From: a virus
Lineage: Duplodnaviria > Caudoviricetes
Length of the DNA: 64,000 bases
Strand: one strand, 5' to 3'
IMG/VR virus record: IMGVR_UViG_3300014204_013734
Coordinates: 317,281 to 381,280 of that record
In this document: in pieces, positions 37,301-47,400 of the stretch
Numbering within the stretch: position 1 is the first letter of the stretch
Layout: the number at the start of each line of letters is the position of its first letter
Notes under the pieces: model-generated
Databases searched by the model: none
Told to the model about the DNA's origin: nothing
The model's input: only the letters and a program-made list of their open reading frames with translations
Translations under genes and position numbers: made by a program

Positions 37301-39944
37301 ATTCAAGGGGTCCTTGGATACGGACGTAGCTGCCGCCAAGCTGACAATTTCCGGGTCATCTGTGACCGCCGGAGGGACGGATGCCAACGTTAACGTCAAC
37401 TTGGCCCCGAAGGGTACGGGGACCGTTGACGTAGCCTCCAAACGAATCACCAATGTGTTGGATCCGACGGCGGCGCAGGATGCTGCGACAAAGAATTATG
37501 TGGGAGCAAACTTTTCGCTAACTTCCCATACCCACGCAACATTGCCGACGGTAGGGGAAAAGAATGATCTTCAGTACATCAATTACATCAAGGCGAACGG
37601 GTTTTCAACTAACGCCGGTGTCGTGGACAACCTTGACGGCACGGTGACGATCCCGACAGAATCCGTGTGGCTCAGTCCGGGAACAACTTCGTTGCCTGCT
37701 GCTCTTTACACCCTGACGGGCGGTATAACGGGCAGCGGGGGTATCCCGGCCATTCCGGATGGGGTAGCTTCCTACATCATTGGGGATTGGAATGGCGGAG
37801 TTCCGAAATTCAATCTCATTACCGATGTTGAATTGATTGATGAAATGACGATTGTCCCGTATGTGACCCTCTTCAGGGAAGGGACCGTCGTACACACATT
37901 GACGTGGGACCTCATGGGGGTTTCCCTAGTCAACAAGTTGCACCAAAGATTGGTCAAGACGGACAGGTTCGCCCGGGAAAGCGGTTTGATATTAGGGGAA
38001 GATCCTGGCAGGGTAGTTACCATCACTTTAGGTAAAGCCTGGAATGGTGGAACGCGGGTGTCCTTGGACGCTTTCAATTCAGCCATCAATACCATGGGTT
38101 TTTGGTATCATGTTGCAGGTGTGTGGACGGAAACAACTCCAATCCAACAATACAACAATTTGCAATACGATGATGGAACCAACCTGCAAACGCTGGGCGC
38201 AGGAAAATGGGTTGTCAACTGGGTGTACCGGGATCAAGGTGTGGCCGCTGAAGCACACGTTGTTCTCAGCACGCAGTATGACAACGTGTCGGCGGCCATG
38301 GTTGCTCCGATTCCTACAACCAAACCCCCCATCCTTACCAGCCATGGTTTCTTGGTCGGGGCCATCATTGTCCAACAAGGGGCTTCTACAGGGTTGGTGA
38401 CGAGTTCTTGGACTACCCAATTCGCCGCAGGGACCGTGATGAATCACGACGACCTGTCCAACATTTCCGGAGGGGCTGCAGGGGATCGGCAGCATTTGAC
38501 GACGACACAGGTTGGATACCTTCCAACAGCCAACCAGAAAGCCGCTTTGGCCGGAACGAGTGGGACAGCCCCATCGGTATCCAACAAATTCGTGGATAAT
38601 TCCGACACCAGGAATTCCGATGCCCGTACACCGGTTGACCATTCACACAACGGGGTTGCCGGACAAGGGTCAAAACTGACCCAGGCAAACAGTCACCAAT
38701 CTCCCGACACGGACGTAGCCGCTGCATCCCTCCACCACACATTAGGGGTGACATCAACCCAAGCGGCGACCGGGAACCATGCACATACCGGAGCGGATGG
38801 CGTCAAGCTGGCCCAAGCCAACACCCATCAATCCCCCGATACGGATTCGGCAACTACTTCCCTTCACCATACTGTCGGCACGGGAGCAACACAAGCTTCT
38901 TCCGGGACACACAACCACGATGGTTTGACGGCCGTGCAGTTACTGCAGGCGAATACCCATCAAACTCCTGATACGGATGTTGGCCCGACATCCCTTCACC
39001 ATACGTTGGGCACCGGCGCCAACCAAGCTACCGCCGGAACCCATAACCATGACGGAACTACAGCGGTCAAACTAGTCCAAGCAAACACCCACCAAACCCC
39101 GGATACGGATACGAATCCCAATTCCCTTCACCATACGTTAGGCACGGGATCAAGCCAGGCTGCTGCGGGGAACCATCTCCATACCGGGGTGTACACAGGC
39201 GTTTCGCACGCCCACACCGGGGCCGTGAACGATGGACCAGTTTTAGTGCAGTCCAGTACCCACGCTTCACCTGACACGGATTCAGCTTTGACGGCTCTTC
39301 ACCACACGTTAGGCACTGGGGCCAACCAATCTGCTGCCGGGAACCACCTTCACACCGGGGTTTATCCTCCGGTTGCTCACAACCATGACGGGACAGGTAA
39401 CAACGGTCCGATTCTAGCACAAGCCAACACGCATTCATCCCCTGACACCGATCTTTCCGCCACGGCATTGCACCACACTCTGGGTACAGGGGCATTTCAA
39501 GCTGCGGCCGGAAATCATGGACACACGAAGTCGCAAATCACCGACTTTGTTGAAGCGAATTACGTCCACACGACTGGCAACGAAACGGTAGCCGGAAACA
39601 AGACATTCACGGGTCAAACCATCAAAAGTGTCGGGGGTTTGGTTTGTGTCAACGGGAACAACCACGACGTGGCCATCGGGAACGCAACCTTGGTCCGTAT
39701 AACAGGCCCGACGGGCAACTATGTCATCACAGGGGTAGCTGGTGGCGTAGACGGCAGGGAAATCATCCTTTACAACACGGTCGCCTTCCGATTGACAATA
39801 AACAACGATGATGCAGGAAGCCTAGCTGCAAACAGAATACTGACCCTGACAGGTGCGAACCTTCAAACCAATACAATTGGGGCATTCCGGTTGGTTTACG
39901 ACGGCACGGGAAGCCGTTGGATAGTCACGGATTGGCAGGCATGA
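34314..39944 (+). CDS. large tail-fibre/virion fibre protein with His-rich repeats
   Basis: Thr/Gly/Ala-rich; DGSPTFPYKTIQAG then beta-helix-like region; RITNVLDPTAAQDAATKNYV; seven PDTD..LHHT[LV]G..GxHxH repeats. Confidence 0.8.
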   Translation: MTEIKYPPNESTPTAHHTTHEPGGLDEVFGIPAAPHAASHLTGADLLPDATGVARGLMSAAFAGKVNAQFFIDPNSIHVDKNRTDVYTEDGSPTFPYKTIQAGVTHAETTATSSNPVMVMVEPGNYDENVVIHKDGVHLRARGTPYDTMIVPTTGSGLTFTNATALSLGVYNTSGNYADLVNQGDAGPMTNGIWGISVSSPVGNAFPPIRLLGVKGDTAPGTTGFAFGLYMEHCAFVTANAVAPPLYIRNANTVFLDVECYVMGTAPITIINANKVNLSNSLIVGDVSSTWDSADVNGTPSHTTNKYLYGMNSQMNNLLLSGEAKVDDAFSWDINQDMTLSGTSVCTCYECLVRNDLTIGAGCAFNFKASGVLGDITISATAAACVMDGGDLMGITTDPGGHLTRNITKHQTTHVTGNDQIPDASAITRGLLTPAQLAVVTTMNGHLHTAVDGTGKIDQASSHQSPDTDVGPTSLHHTLGTGANQAASGTHDHTTLVRTDGTRGMIATGSVVGAGTVSTVGSSTTVTTTGNAFAALAEWDTITANGKTVQVFVKTDNNTVTVSEAVDWSAGFAWTWNQALHLHFSPDASDRTECGILWNDTTGASTWQLYTWFGENEEFLGFYNARAMFDVICMTEAGRISINRTSDANPRIPTIQAPAVFSVFPQRYAHVLYTMDNAAFADNTTEAATSVGTPFTFLDQGIADRTKNWTYLAMSRKWQTCWLEFTTFGETGWTTHLEYWKTGAGWTPMVLSTDGTANYTQTGAITWDKKNPGGTGDDWGQTTTVAGYGNYYWIRIGSLTVPAVSDVPKTQAIGPNAIPRISVYQSALDSTPRLFINPQGRISLGGSELVGESLLQLATPVSGTIVPAEAEALAAFYSDDPTRNAVILQLSDASSAYPVLGLANSRGSLTAPAALADGDRIGGLEFFGRTDAWTETCEINGEVDGTPGSGDDLPSRLVFKTTPSGGGSLVEQFRISSTGLVSTAGTMQAAIFQGGSFKGSLDTDVAAAKLTISGSSVTAGGTDANVNVNLAPKGTGTVDVASKRITNVLDPTAAQDAATKNYVGANFSLTSHTHATLPTVGEKNDLQYINYIKANGFSTNAGVVDNLDGTVTIPTESVWLSPGTTSLPAALYTLTGGITGSGGIPAIPDGVASYIIGDWNGGVPKFNLITDVELIDEMTIVPYVTLFREGTVVHTLTWDLMGVSLVNKLHQRLVKTDRFARESGLILGEDPGRVVTITLGKAWNGGTRVSLDAFNSAINTMGFWYHVAGVWTETTPIQQYNNLQYDDGTNLQTLGAGKWVVNWVYRDQGVAAEAHVVLSTQYDNVSAAMVAPIPTTKPPILTSHGFLVGAIIVQQGASTGLVTSSWTTQFAAGTVMNHDDLSNISGGAAGDRQHLTTTQVGYLPTANQKAALAGTSGTAPSVSNKFVDNSDTRNSDARTPVDHSHNGVAGQGSKLTQANSHQSPDTDVAAASLHHTLGVTSTQAATGNHAHTGADGVKLAQANTHQSPDTDSATTSLHHTVGTGATQASSGTHNHDGLTAVQLLQANTHQTPDTDVGPTSLHHTLGTGANQATAGTHNHDGTTAVKLVQANTHQTPDTDTNPNSLHHTLGTGSSQAAAGNHLHTGVYTGVSHAHTGAVNDGPVLVQSSTHASPDTDSALTALHHTLGTGANQSAAGNHLHTGVYPPVAHNHDGTGNNGPILAQANTHSSPDTDLSATALHHTLGTGAFQAAAGNHGHTKSQITDFVEANYVHTTGNETVAGNKTFTGQTIKSVGGLVCVNGNNHDVAIGNATLVRITGPTGNYVITGVAGGVDGREIILYNTVAFRLTINNDDAGSLAANRILTLTGANLQTNTIGAFRLVYDGTGSRWIVTDWQA
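38670..39525 (+). repeat. six tandem 44-57-aa His-rich coding repeats (a seventh copy near 35680-35790)
   Basis: QANTHQSPDTDxxxxSLHHTLGTGAxQAAxGNHxH. Confidence 0.9.
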
Positions 39945-39965
39945 TTTCCAACAGAGGAGGGACCG

Positions 39966-40190
39966 ATGAAAAGATTTGCTTGCAAGATTGATGTAGTGTT
40001 GGATTTTAAGGACGACGTGGAAGAATCCGATATTCCCGACATCATTTCGGAAACGATGAAGAAGTTGAAACCCGTTGAAATTTCGGTAGATGACATTGAA
40101 GAAACGTGTTGGGATGAAGAGGCCGAACTTTCTCGGGAAGACGATGAAGAAGACGACAAACCTTTTTGGGAAGACGACGACGAAATCTGA
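39966..40190 (+). CDS. small highly acidic protein
   Basis: GAGGAGG RBS. Confidence 0.65.
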   Translation: MKRFACKIDVVLDFKDDVEESDIPDIISETMKKLKPVEISVDDIEETCWDEEAELSREDDEEDDKPFWEDDDEI

Positions 40191-40279
40191 TCGTTCGTTT
40201 ATCCCCTTATAACCCGGACTTGTTGTACAGTCCCGTGTTGTCGGGACGCAAAAATTTCCATGTAGACAGGAGAACGAAC

Positions 40280-40666
40280 ATGGCGGTTACAATCGGAGGA
40301 CGGGCGGTTGCGTACTTCCCCATTTCAGGGACGATCAACGCAGTAAATCAGTCTACATGGCTGACCCTGGCGACCAATGTCATGTCGGCAATCGGAGGTC
40401 CTATCGCAGGGATCACCATGGGGGCGAACTTCGGAATTTTTGTTGACTTGGCTTGTGATTCCGGATCACCAACAGTTGTGCGGGTCGTTTTTGACGACGT
40501 GCAGGTCACGGATGGCACTACTGTTGCAACCGCAACAGTCAACCTTTTGGCTGCTACGAGTGCGGCCGGGGTTCTTGCCGCCTTGGCAAGTCTAGCGTCT
40601 GGTGGGGTTACGACTCCAACCGTGCAGTTTGAAGCTTGGGGTGATGCGTACTCCCCCGGTCCGTAA
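40280..40666 (+). CDS. putative virion structural protein
   Basis: AGGAG RBS, MAVTIGG start, Ala/Thr/Val-rich, followed by terminator. Confidence 0.6.
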   Translation: MAVTIGGRAVAYFPISGTINAVNQSTWLTLATNVMSAIGGPIAGITMGANFGIFVDLACDSGSPTVVRVVFDDVQVTDGTTVATATVNLLAATSAAGVLAALASLASGGVTTPTVQFEAWGDAYSPGP

Positions 40667-40686
40667 GCTTTCCGTTTTGGTTTGGC

Positions 40687-40715
40687 AAAAAAGGGGCCCT
40701 TCTGGGCCCCTTTCG
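40687..40715. terminator. probable bidirectional terminator between convergent genes
   Basis: AAAAAAGGGGCCC-ttct-GGGCCCCTTT. Confidence 0.8.
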
Positions 40716-40719
40716 TATT

Positions 40720-41175
40720 TCAGGGGGTTTTTACCCGAAGTTCTGATATGATCCTCTTCCAATGTTGTTCTGCGGATCCCCCAAGGATGATCAAACCAGG
40801 GAGCACTTCGTTAAGAGTGTTGATTCCGGCGTTCCGGGCCTTTTGGACGATTTCCCATACCGATTCAGGTGTAGATTGTTCTTCCAACCACTTCCTACAT
40901 GTGGCTACAACATCATCCTCCCAAGGATGCTCGTTAGGATGCAGGCAGTATTCAACGTAACGGGAGTCGTTACGTGAATCTACCAGACAATATCCTTTTC
41001 TCCGTTGCGCCTCAGCCACCTGTTCTTCAAAGGACGCCTTGATGGTATCAATTGAGAGGGAAGTAGGCGAAGAAAGGGAAGAGGGTGAATCCCACTGGTT
41101 TTCGGACAGGGCCTCCAGGATGGCCACGGCCCATGCCGGATACTTTTCAGATGTCGCAAAGGTTTCTTTGGTCAT
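40720..41175 (-). CDS. hypothetical protein
   Basis: AAAGGA RBS before MTKETF. Confidence 0.6.
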   Translation of the reverse strand: MTKETFATSEKYPAWAVAILEALSENQWDSPSSLSSPTSLSIDTIKASFEEQVAEAQRRKGYCLVDSRNDSRYVEYCLHPNEHPWEDDVVATCRKWLEEQSTPESVWEIVQKARNAGINTLNEVLPGLIILGGSAEQHWKRIISELRVKTP

Positions 41176-41228
41176 GTCCGGTAGTCCTTTCAACAGAACT
41201 ACCGGACACCCAAAAATTCCAAGCCTTC

Positions 41229-41768
41229 TTAAGCCTTCTTTTTTGCGTGCATCCTTGAAACCATCCAGTTCAGCACTTCCCAAACAACCGGGTTGTGGGG
41301 TTGTTTGGACTGGGCGAGGAAATCCCCGTCAGGGTCTTTCGCTTTCAGGCGCCGTTGCGTTTCGTTGACGAAAAGGTAGATGATTTCTCGTGGAGTAGCC
41401 GCCCAAGCCAAAGCTACTTGGCTTTTTGGAGATTCTAGGGCCTCCGCCCCAAACTTTCCTTCCAAAGCCTCAGACATGCGCCCTATGAGGATGTTGGCGA
41501 TTGTTTCAAGAGGGACCTTGATCCCTTCATAGATTGAAGGGAACATTGGAGTCCAAGTGCCTTCCTTCCAATCCGACAGAATGTGGTTGATCCCATGGGC
41601 GATCCAGAAGGCGTGTTCGTCATCTGAAAACATTTCTTTCGTGATGACAGGTGCTTTGATCTGTACCGCCGATTTTTTCACGTGCCGTTCCAGGCGGTCC
41701 TGGTGCTTCTGGAGTCGGACACGTTCCTTCCGGGCGGTTTCCTTTTTCACTTTGGATTTTTTGGACAT
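41229..41768 (-). CDS. hypothetical protein
   Basis: AAAGGA RBS. Confidence 0.65.
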   Translation of the reverse strand: MSKKSKVKKETARKERVRLQKHQDRLERHVKKSAVQIKAPVITKEMFSDDEHAFWIAHGINHILSDWKEGTWTPMFPSIYEGIKVPLETIANILIGRMSEALEGKFGAEALESPKSQVALAWAATPREIIYLFVNETQRRLKAKDPDGDFLAQSKQPHNPVVWEVLNWMVSRMHAKKKA

Positions 41769-41777
41769 GGGTTCCTT

Positions 41778-42680
41778 TCAGTTTGTGATGTCTTCAAATA
41801 CCGGGGCCAAAGGAGTTTCCTTGAATTTAGCTAGGACAAGGGCTGTCACTTCCCGAATGGCCCTTTGCGCCTTCGGATTGATAGCTCTTTCCTGAAAAAC
41901 ATGACGCCATTGCCGGAGATTGAACGTAGCTACAATGTCCGTCTTAGTGGCATTTGGGAGGACGCATCGGGCATCTTCTGGTTTGTCCCCTGCAGACCTC
42001 AGTTTAAAATAAGCGTTTTCCGCAAACTGGAAAGCTTCAAGTTTGTATCCAGCCGAAGATGGCCATTTATGCCAGGGAAGATCTTCCGCGTTCGCTTCTC
42101 GGTCTCTCAGGAATCCAATCCCGACAGGCCATTCTTCTATAGGTGATCCTGGATAGGGCCTTTGGGACCAACGTTCAGCATGATGCAACAGACGTGCGGG
42201 CTTTTTGCGCGGTATCCCTTCACGCCATTCGTAAAATCCAGATTCCAACGGGATGTTGTTTGGCATGATGAAAGCAATATGCCCTTTGGATTCGTAATCG
42301 CACCATCGTTGAGATTCCTGACAAAAGGACCCGAGCCGATGCCGGACCAGTTGGTGAGAAGTTGACCGATCAACACTGAAAAGGACGGACACGGTAACGT
42401 GTTCCAGGACGGATTCATGACCAACCTTGACGATGAATCGGATGAAATCATCCGTGATTTTCCTGGAAACGTGCGATTGCCGCAAGTCCTGATGGGAAGA
42501 ATCCTGCCACGTTTCAGGTTCATATGTTGGGTCTTTCATCAGGCGATCCATCTTCGCCGACCTTTTTTCTTCACTTTTCCAGCAGGTCCGACCAATATCT
42601 TCAATCAGGCGCAAAAGTTCAAATCCGCGATCCCCTTCAATTGGCGTCAAGATAGAAACTTCCGATTTCGTCAAAAACAT
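41778..42680 (-). CDS. thyX: FAD-dependent thymidylate synthase
   Basis: GHESVLEH, RHR-x7-S (RHRLGSFCQES), EDARCVLP, NLRQW, AQRAIR. Confidence 0.93.
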   Translation of the reverse strand: MFLTKSEVSILTPIEGDRGFELLRLIEDIGRTCWKSEEKRSAKMDRLMKDPTYEPETWQDSSHQDLRQSHVSRKITDDFIRFIVKVGHESVLEHVTVSVLFSVDRSTSHQLVRHRLGSFCQESQRWCDYESKGHIAFIMPNNIPLESGFYEWREGIPRKKPARLLHHAERWSQRPYPGSPIEEWPVGIGFLRDREANAEDLPWHKWPSSAGYKLEAFQFAENAYFKLRSAGDKPEDARCVLPNATKTDIVATFNLRQWRHVFQERAINPKAQRAIREVTALVLAKFKETPLAPVFEDITN

Positions 42681-42736
42681 TGGATTTCCTCCTGAGATTG
42701 CACGAACCCTAATAAGTTACCCCAAAAACATCTTTC

Positions 42737-42766
42737 CGGCTTGGAAATAGTTTCGTCTTGGGTAGT
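42737..42766 (+). promoter_or_regulatory. CGGCTTGGAA-N14-GGTAGT motif (copy 5)
   Basis: at strand switch upstream of 42785. Confidence 0.72.
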
Positions 42767-42784
42767 CTATGCAGGAGGTAACCC

Positions 42785-43063
42785 ATGACAAATGTTGACC
42801 ATGCTCAGATGAGCCGGAAGGTCCGGCAAGTTTTGGACGCCCACCGGGGCAAACCTACCCATGACATTGCCGTTGCACTCGCAGCGGTCGTCAGCCGGGA
42901 TTATGCGATTGAACAAACAATCGCGGCCGGAGAACATTGGACGGAAACGTGGGCTTCCGGGGTCGGGGTCCCGTCAACGGAAAAGGAAAACAACCTTGAC
43001 GGGTGTGCAGCCTGTCATAAGGTTTGGTACCAAACCTACACCCTCTTGAACAGCAAACCGTAG
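42785..43063 (+). CDS. hypothetical protein
   Basis: AGGAGG RBS. Confidence 0.65.
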   Translation: MTNVDHAQMSRKVRQVLDAHRGKPTHDIAVALAAVVSRDYAIEQTIAAGEHWTETWASGVGVPSTEKENNLDGCAACHKVWYQTYTLLNSKP

Positions 43064-43076
43064 AGGAAAAAGGACC

Positions 43077-43328
43077 ATGAAAGACTACGCCTTAGCTTTT
43101 TTCGGAGGATTCATTTTCCTGTTTGTGGTGTCTTGGATTACGGTGTTTGACGTAATCCACACCGACAAGGACGGCAACCCTGTCGTCTGCGATGTGAACG
43201 GGATTTTTCGCACCATCGACACCCCCGAATGCCAGACGGCATTGGCCGGACGGTGGAACCGTCAGGACAAGTTCATCTGGCGGGGGACCTGTGATCCTAC
43301 AACCAAGGAATGCACCCCGACAAAATGA
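43077..43328 (+). CDS. small membrane-anchored protein
   Basis: N-terminal TM, four Cys. Confidence 0.6.
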   Translation: MKDYALAFFGGFIFLFVVSWITVFDVIHTDKDGNPVVCDVNGIFRTIDTPECQTALAGRWNRQDKFIWRGTCDPTTKECTPTK

Positions 43329-43588
43329 TCAAAGATCAAGTGAGACCTGGGTTGCGGGTACGAACCACTACACTCCTGCAACGAAGTGGGGTATTTTGCG
43401 AACCAAAATATCTTGACAACCGCAAAGAAGGGGTAGAAGGAATAGTTGAAAGTCCTTCCAAACTAGCTGACGGAGTTTGGTGGGTACGGTTTCCCCACGG
43501 TCTGGCCCCGATCTGGTACTTTGAATTGGAACGTTTAGAAGACCAATCCGGCCCCTTATGGGAAGGTTGGACTGATCCTGTTTTTTGA
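43325..43588 (+). CDS. hypothetical protein (SH3-like)
   Basis: ATGA overlap; PGLRVRT..EGIVE..WWVRF..ELE. Confidence 0.6.
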   Translation: MIKDQVRPGLRVRTTTLLQRSGVFCEPKYLDNRKEGVEGIVESPSKLADGVWWVRFPHGLAPIWYFELERLEDQSGPLWEGWTDPVF

Positions 43589-43660
43589 CCGTTTTTAATC
43601 CGATACAATTCCTTTCAGGGTAGGGAGGTTGAAAACCTGTTTCCGGCCGGGAGGGTTGCT

Positions 43661-43837
43661 ATGAAAAAGACCATGTCCTGGTGGTGCCGTTGGTTTTATT
43701 TGATTTTCTGCTTGCTGGGGATTCACGAATGGCGTATCCCAAAAACGCGATCAACCCCCGGTACGAAACAGCGAAAATGCGTTGTTTGCAATACCTTGGA
43801 AACCCGATCCTCTTCAGGGATTTGGAAGAAATCTTGA
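43661..43837 (+). CDS. 58-aa C..GIHxW..CxxC zinc-binding protein (below ORF-track cutoff)
   Basis: GGGAGG RBS; FCLLGIHEW...RKCVVC; fills the gap. Confidence 0.55.
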   Translation: MKKTMSWWCRWFYLIFCLLGIHEWRIPKTRSTPGTKQRKCVVCNTLETRSSSGIWKKS

Positions 43838-43846
43838 GGGTTCCGC

Positions 43847-44419
43847 GTGGATCTTTTTTCTGATCTGCTTGGTTGCGAAAGATGCTGTCTTCACGCAACT
43901 AGGACCAATCTTGTCTTTGGTTCCGGGAATCCAAAAGCCCCTGTCATGTTCGTAGGGGAAGCTCCGGGCCATGAAGAAGACGTTGCGGGTCTGCCGTTCG
44001 TCGGACCTTCAGGTAAGCTTCTGACCTGTCTGATGAAACGAGCAGGAATTCTTCGTGAATCCGTCTACATTGCCAACCTCTTGAAATGCCGTCCTCCTGG
44101 CAACCGTGACCCTGAACCGAGTGAAATCAAGGAATGTTTTCCGTTCCTTGAAAAACAGATTGCTACAATTAGACCCAAGGTCCTCGTCGCCCTGGGCCGT
44201 CACGCTGTGTGCAGGTTGTCGTTGCATTGGGGGCCAATGAATGTCTTGATTGGAAAGACCGATCTTGTCCACGAAACCCCAGACGGAATCATTCCAGTCA
44301 TGGCGTTGTGGCACCCTTCTTTTCTCCTCAGAAATATTCGGTCGGAATCCCCGGAAATGAAAGCACTGTTCCAGGATTTTGTTCAACGTCTCGCAGATTT
44401 GAAAGCAAAATACCTGTGA
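43847..44419 (+). CDS. uracil-DNA glycosylase, family 4
   Basis: CxxCxL, VFGSG, GEAPG, PFVGPSG, KCRPPGNRDP, HPS. Confidence 0.92.
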   Translation: MDLFSDLLGCERCCLHATRTNLVFGSGNPKAPVMFVGEAPGHEEDVAGLPFVGPSGKLLTCLMKRAGILRESVYIANLLKCRPPGNRDPEPSEIKECFPFLEKQIATIRPKVLVALGRHAVCRLSLHWGPMNVLIGKTDLVHETPDGIIPVMALWHPSFLLRNIRSESPEMKALFQDFVQRLADLKAKYL

Positions 44420-44449
44420 CAGAAGGGTAAAGTTGACCTGGGAAGGGGT

Positions 44450-47400
44450 GTGTTAATGGAAACAAAAACCAAAAAAAGTGTATGCGTAGCCATCCCGGTG
44501 TTGTCTGATAGCGGGGGACGCCCTTCAATTCCAGTTTTGAATGACGTCCTCAGGATCGGCAAGGGACTGCGCCTTCAAGCATTTGTAGCTACGAATGCCA
44601 TGGCGATTGACGAAGATTCGTGGAATCTGCTAAAGGCCCGAGACTGGACTTTCCATCGGGCCACGAATGCTATGACCGAACCCATGTTTTGGCGTTGGTT
44701 CTATGCTCTACTCAAAGAGCATCCTTCGGATCTGTACGCTATCATGCCTCCCGGTGCCTTCCTGTTGGATGGAACTTTCCGGGCAATGGTAGAAGCCTGG
44801 GAAGAAATCGGGGATGCTACTGCCGCCATGGTCCTAACCACACCCCTCCAACAAGCAAAGGAATCCGCTTCAGCACACGTACAGATGGGAAACCGTAATC
44901 TTGGACAGGCTTGGATGATTGGTTTGGCAGGGGCAAAGCGTCTTGCATCTTGGGATCCTGAAATTCATGGCCAAGTAGAAATGATGTTTGACCAGTCCGG
45001 GATCTGGCAGATGCGCCAAGGGGTCGTATCAACGAAAGCCCCGACCCTTAATCTTCTCTCCGACCCTATTCCAGAAGAACCTGTACCTGTGTCCCGACCT
45101 GTGGAAGGTCCAGTTGAAGCCCGATCCCGATTGCGGGATCCTGCGCCGCGACCTTCTGCTTTCTCAGACCCAATTCACCCCCAACTGAACGTACCGAACG
45201 TTGAAATTCCAAGTACGCCCAGAACGCCCAGGATTGACCCTGGGAAGGCATCCTTCCTGGTAGCGACCCATCACCGCCCTCGTCTGCTTAAAGCATGCCT
45301 GGAGCTTCTTGTAGCTCAGGACACGCCTCCGAACTGGCGTTGGGACATCTTAGTAGGGGGAATGGCAGACGATCCAGGAAAAGAAGTTGCCAAGACATTT
45401 CCGGGAGTCCGGTGGATTGATTGCCCTGGACCAACCGTAACAGCCAAGTTGAATACCTTGCTGGCGGCAACGGACGCCGAATTGGTCCTGAAAGCAGACG
45501 ACGATGACCTCCAACCCCCGGACAGGTTGTCGGCGGCTACGGCCGCCTATGAAAACGGCGCCTTGATGGCCGGTGTTGGACGGATTGCATTCTACAGTTT
45601 GGATGACGACCGGGCCATGGAATGGGTTGGTCGAGCCAATATGGGTTTGATCGGAACAGGAATGTCTTTCTCAGCTTCCCTTCTGCGGGAAGCCGGCGGA
45701 TGGCCTGCTCAAGCTCAGGGTGAAGACGGAGCGGTGATGACCCGCATCCGACAGATTCGTCCTTCTGCTTCCTTTTCGGACTTGACTGAAACAATGGGCT
45801 GCATAACCGCCCTTCAACACGGGACCAACATCTACCAGAGGCCCTCAGTAGACAAAGGAGCGAAAACCAGCCGCGGTGGTTTTGCCATCACCGGACTCGG
45901 AACGTTGGCAGAAGCCAAATTACCTCTTCCGGTTCAGCATGCCATACAAGTCACTGTCAGAGGTATGCCGGAAGGAACCGTAGTTGTACCGCCCAAACCT
46001 GTAGCAACAACAGTGTCGGTTCCGATGCCGGGGAAGATATTTGGGGAACGGAGTGCACTCTTAACCTGTTTCCAAGGGCAGTTTGGACAGGCGGCATTCG
46101 TAGATGGACTCCAGGGAATGGGGTTTCAGGCAATCAGTTTTGAAGAGGCCAAGAAACAACTAGGGTTGGGAAATCCCGTCCTGTTCCACGGTTGGCGGGA
46201 TCAATATGTAAAGCTCGGAGACAAGTACCCAAATCTCGTGGCCATCTTGTGGCATTCTGGCTGGACCGGCTCAGATCTGATGGGGGAAGGACGGGCGTTG
46301 GCCGATGCCCTTGCCGCTGCCCGTCAAGGAACCATAAAATTGTTTTGGTTGGAACGTAGGGACGCCGTCCCGCAAGGGGCGGTTCCTCTTGCCCCCATTT
46401 GGTCACCGGAAGGTTTGAAACATCTGGCGTCAGGGGCGGGACGCAAACGTCCGAAATCCGTCATGGTCGCTTTCCACGGAGCTTGGTCGGCGGCGTGTAA
46501 GAACGACCTTGCGGGAATCGCTGCATGTGCCGGAATTCCCGGTGTGGAACTTCACGTCAGCAGATGTTCTCTTGAAGGTCCGCGGGGCGCCGCAGCCAGG
46601 GAAATCCTTCGGGGTGTTAAGCACATTATCCATGATCCGATGCCCCGAGAAGCAGCTATCCGTTTGATGGCGGAAATGGAAGTTGTCTGTCACCCGTCCA
46701 TATCAGACACGTGGCCTTATTCCACTCTAGAAGCTGTGCATTGTGGCACCCCGGTAGTAGCCAGCGATGCGGTTTCCTGGACGAGAAGTCTCCCCGACTG
46801 GGCCAGGAAGGCGTGTGTTCCGACAGCCGCAACGGCATCCTTGGAAATCAGGAATCTTGTCAAAGCTCTTCTTGACAACCCCGAAGCACAACGGAAATTG
46901 CAGGAAGCGCAACAAAGCACATTACAAACCTTATTGCAATCCTGCAAGGCGGAATTCATTGCAACCGTGACGGCGGCAGGATTTCCCATAAAACAAATAG
47001 GCATGACCGCAATCCCGCCAAAGCAACCAATCCCCCCAAAACCTTCCTGTTTGGAAGCCCTTATTGACAGTCCGGATTGGGCGTTTGACCGAATCGTAGA
47101 CCAACTGGAAAAGAATCTAGGAATCGGATTCAGGAAAGCTTTCGTTCGGGACGGGGAAAAGATTGACAGCGGAATCGTTTTCTGGTGGCGGGGACATCTA
47201 CGTCATGTCAAGGACCCTGCCAATTCCTTACTGGTCATCTATGATTTTTTATCCTGGGACGCCAAAACAGCAGCAGACGTGTTTTCCAGATTCAAGGTGC
47301 TCGGAGTAGCCAACAAGAAGCTGTTGTGCTTATTACAAGATGTGCCTGAACTGGCAAAGAAAACAATCCATGTTCTGGCTGACGGTGTAGACACAAAAAT

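Noticed and set aside
38670-39525. DGR-like or CRISPR-like DNA repeats in the fibre gene
   Set aside because: In-frame coding repeats with largely synonymous divergence; no reverse transcriptase in the window
42818-42831. 13/14-nt match between the reverse complement of spacer 1 and gene 42785 (self-targeting?)
   Set aside because: Short enough to arise by chance in 64 kb; the flanks do not match
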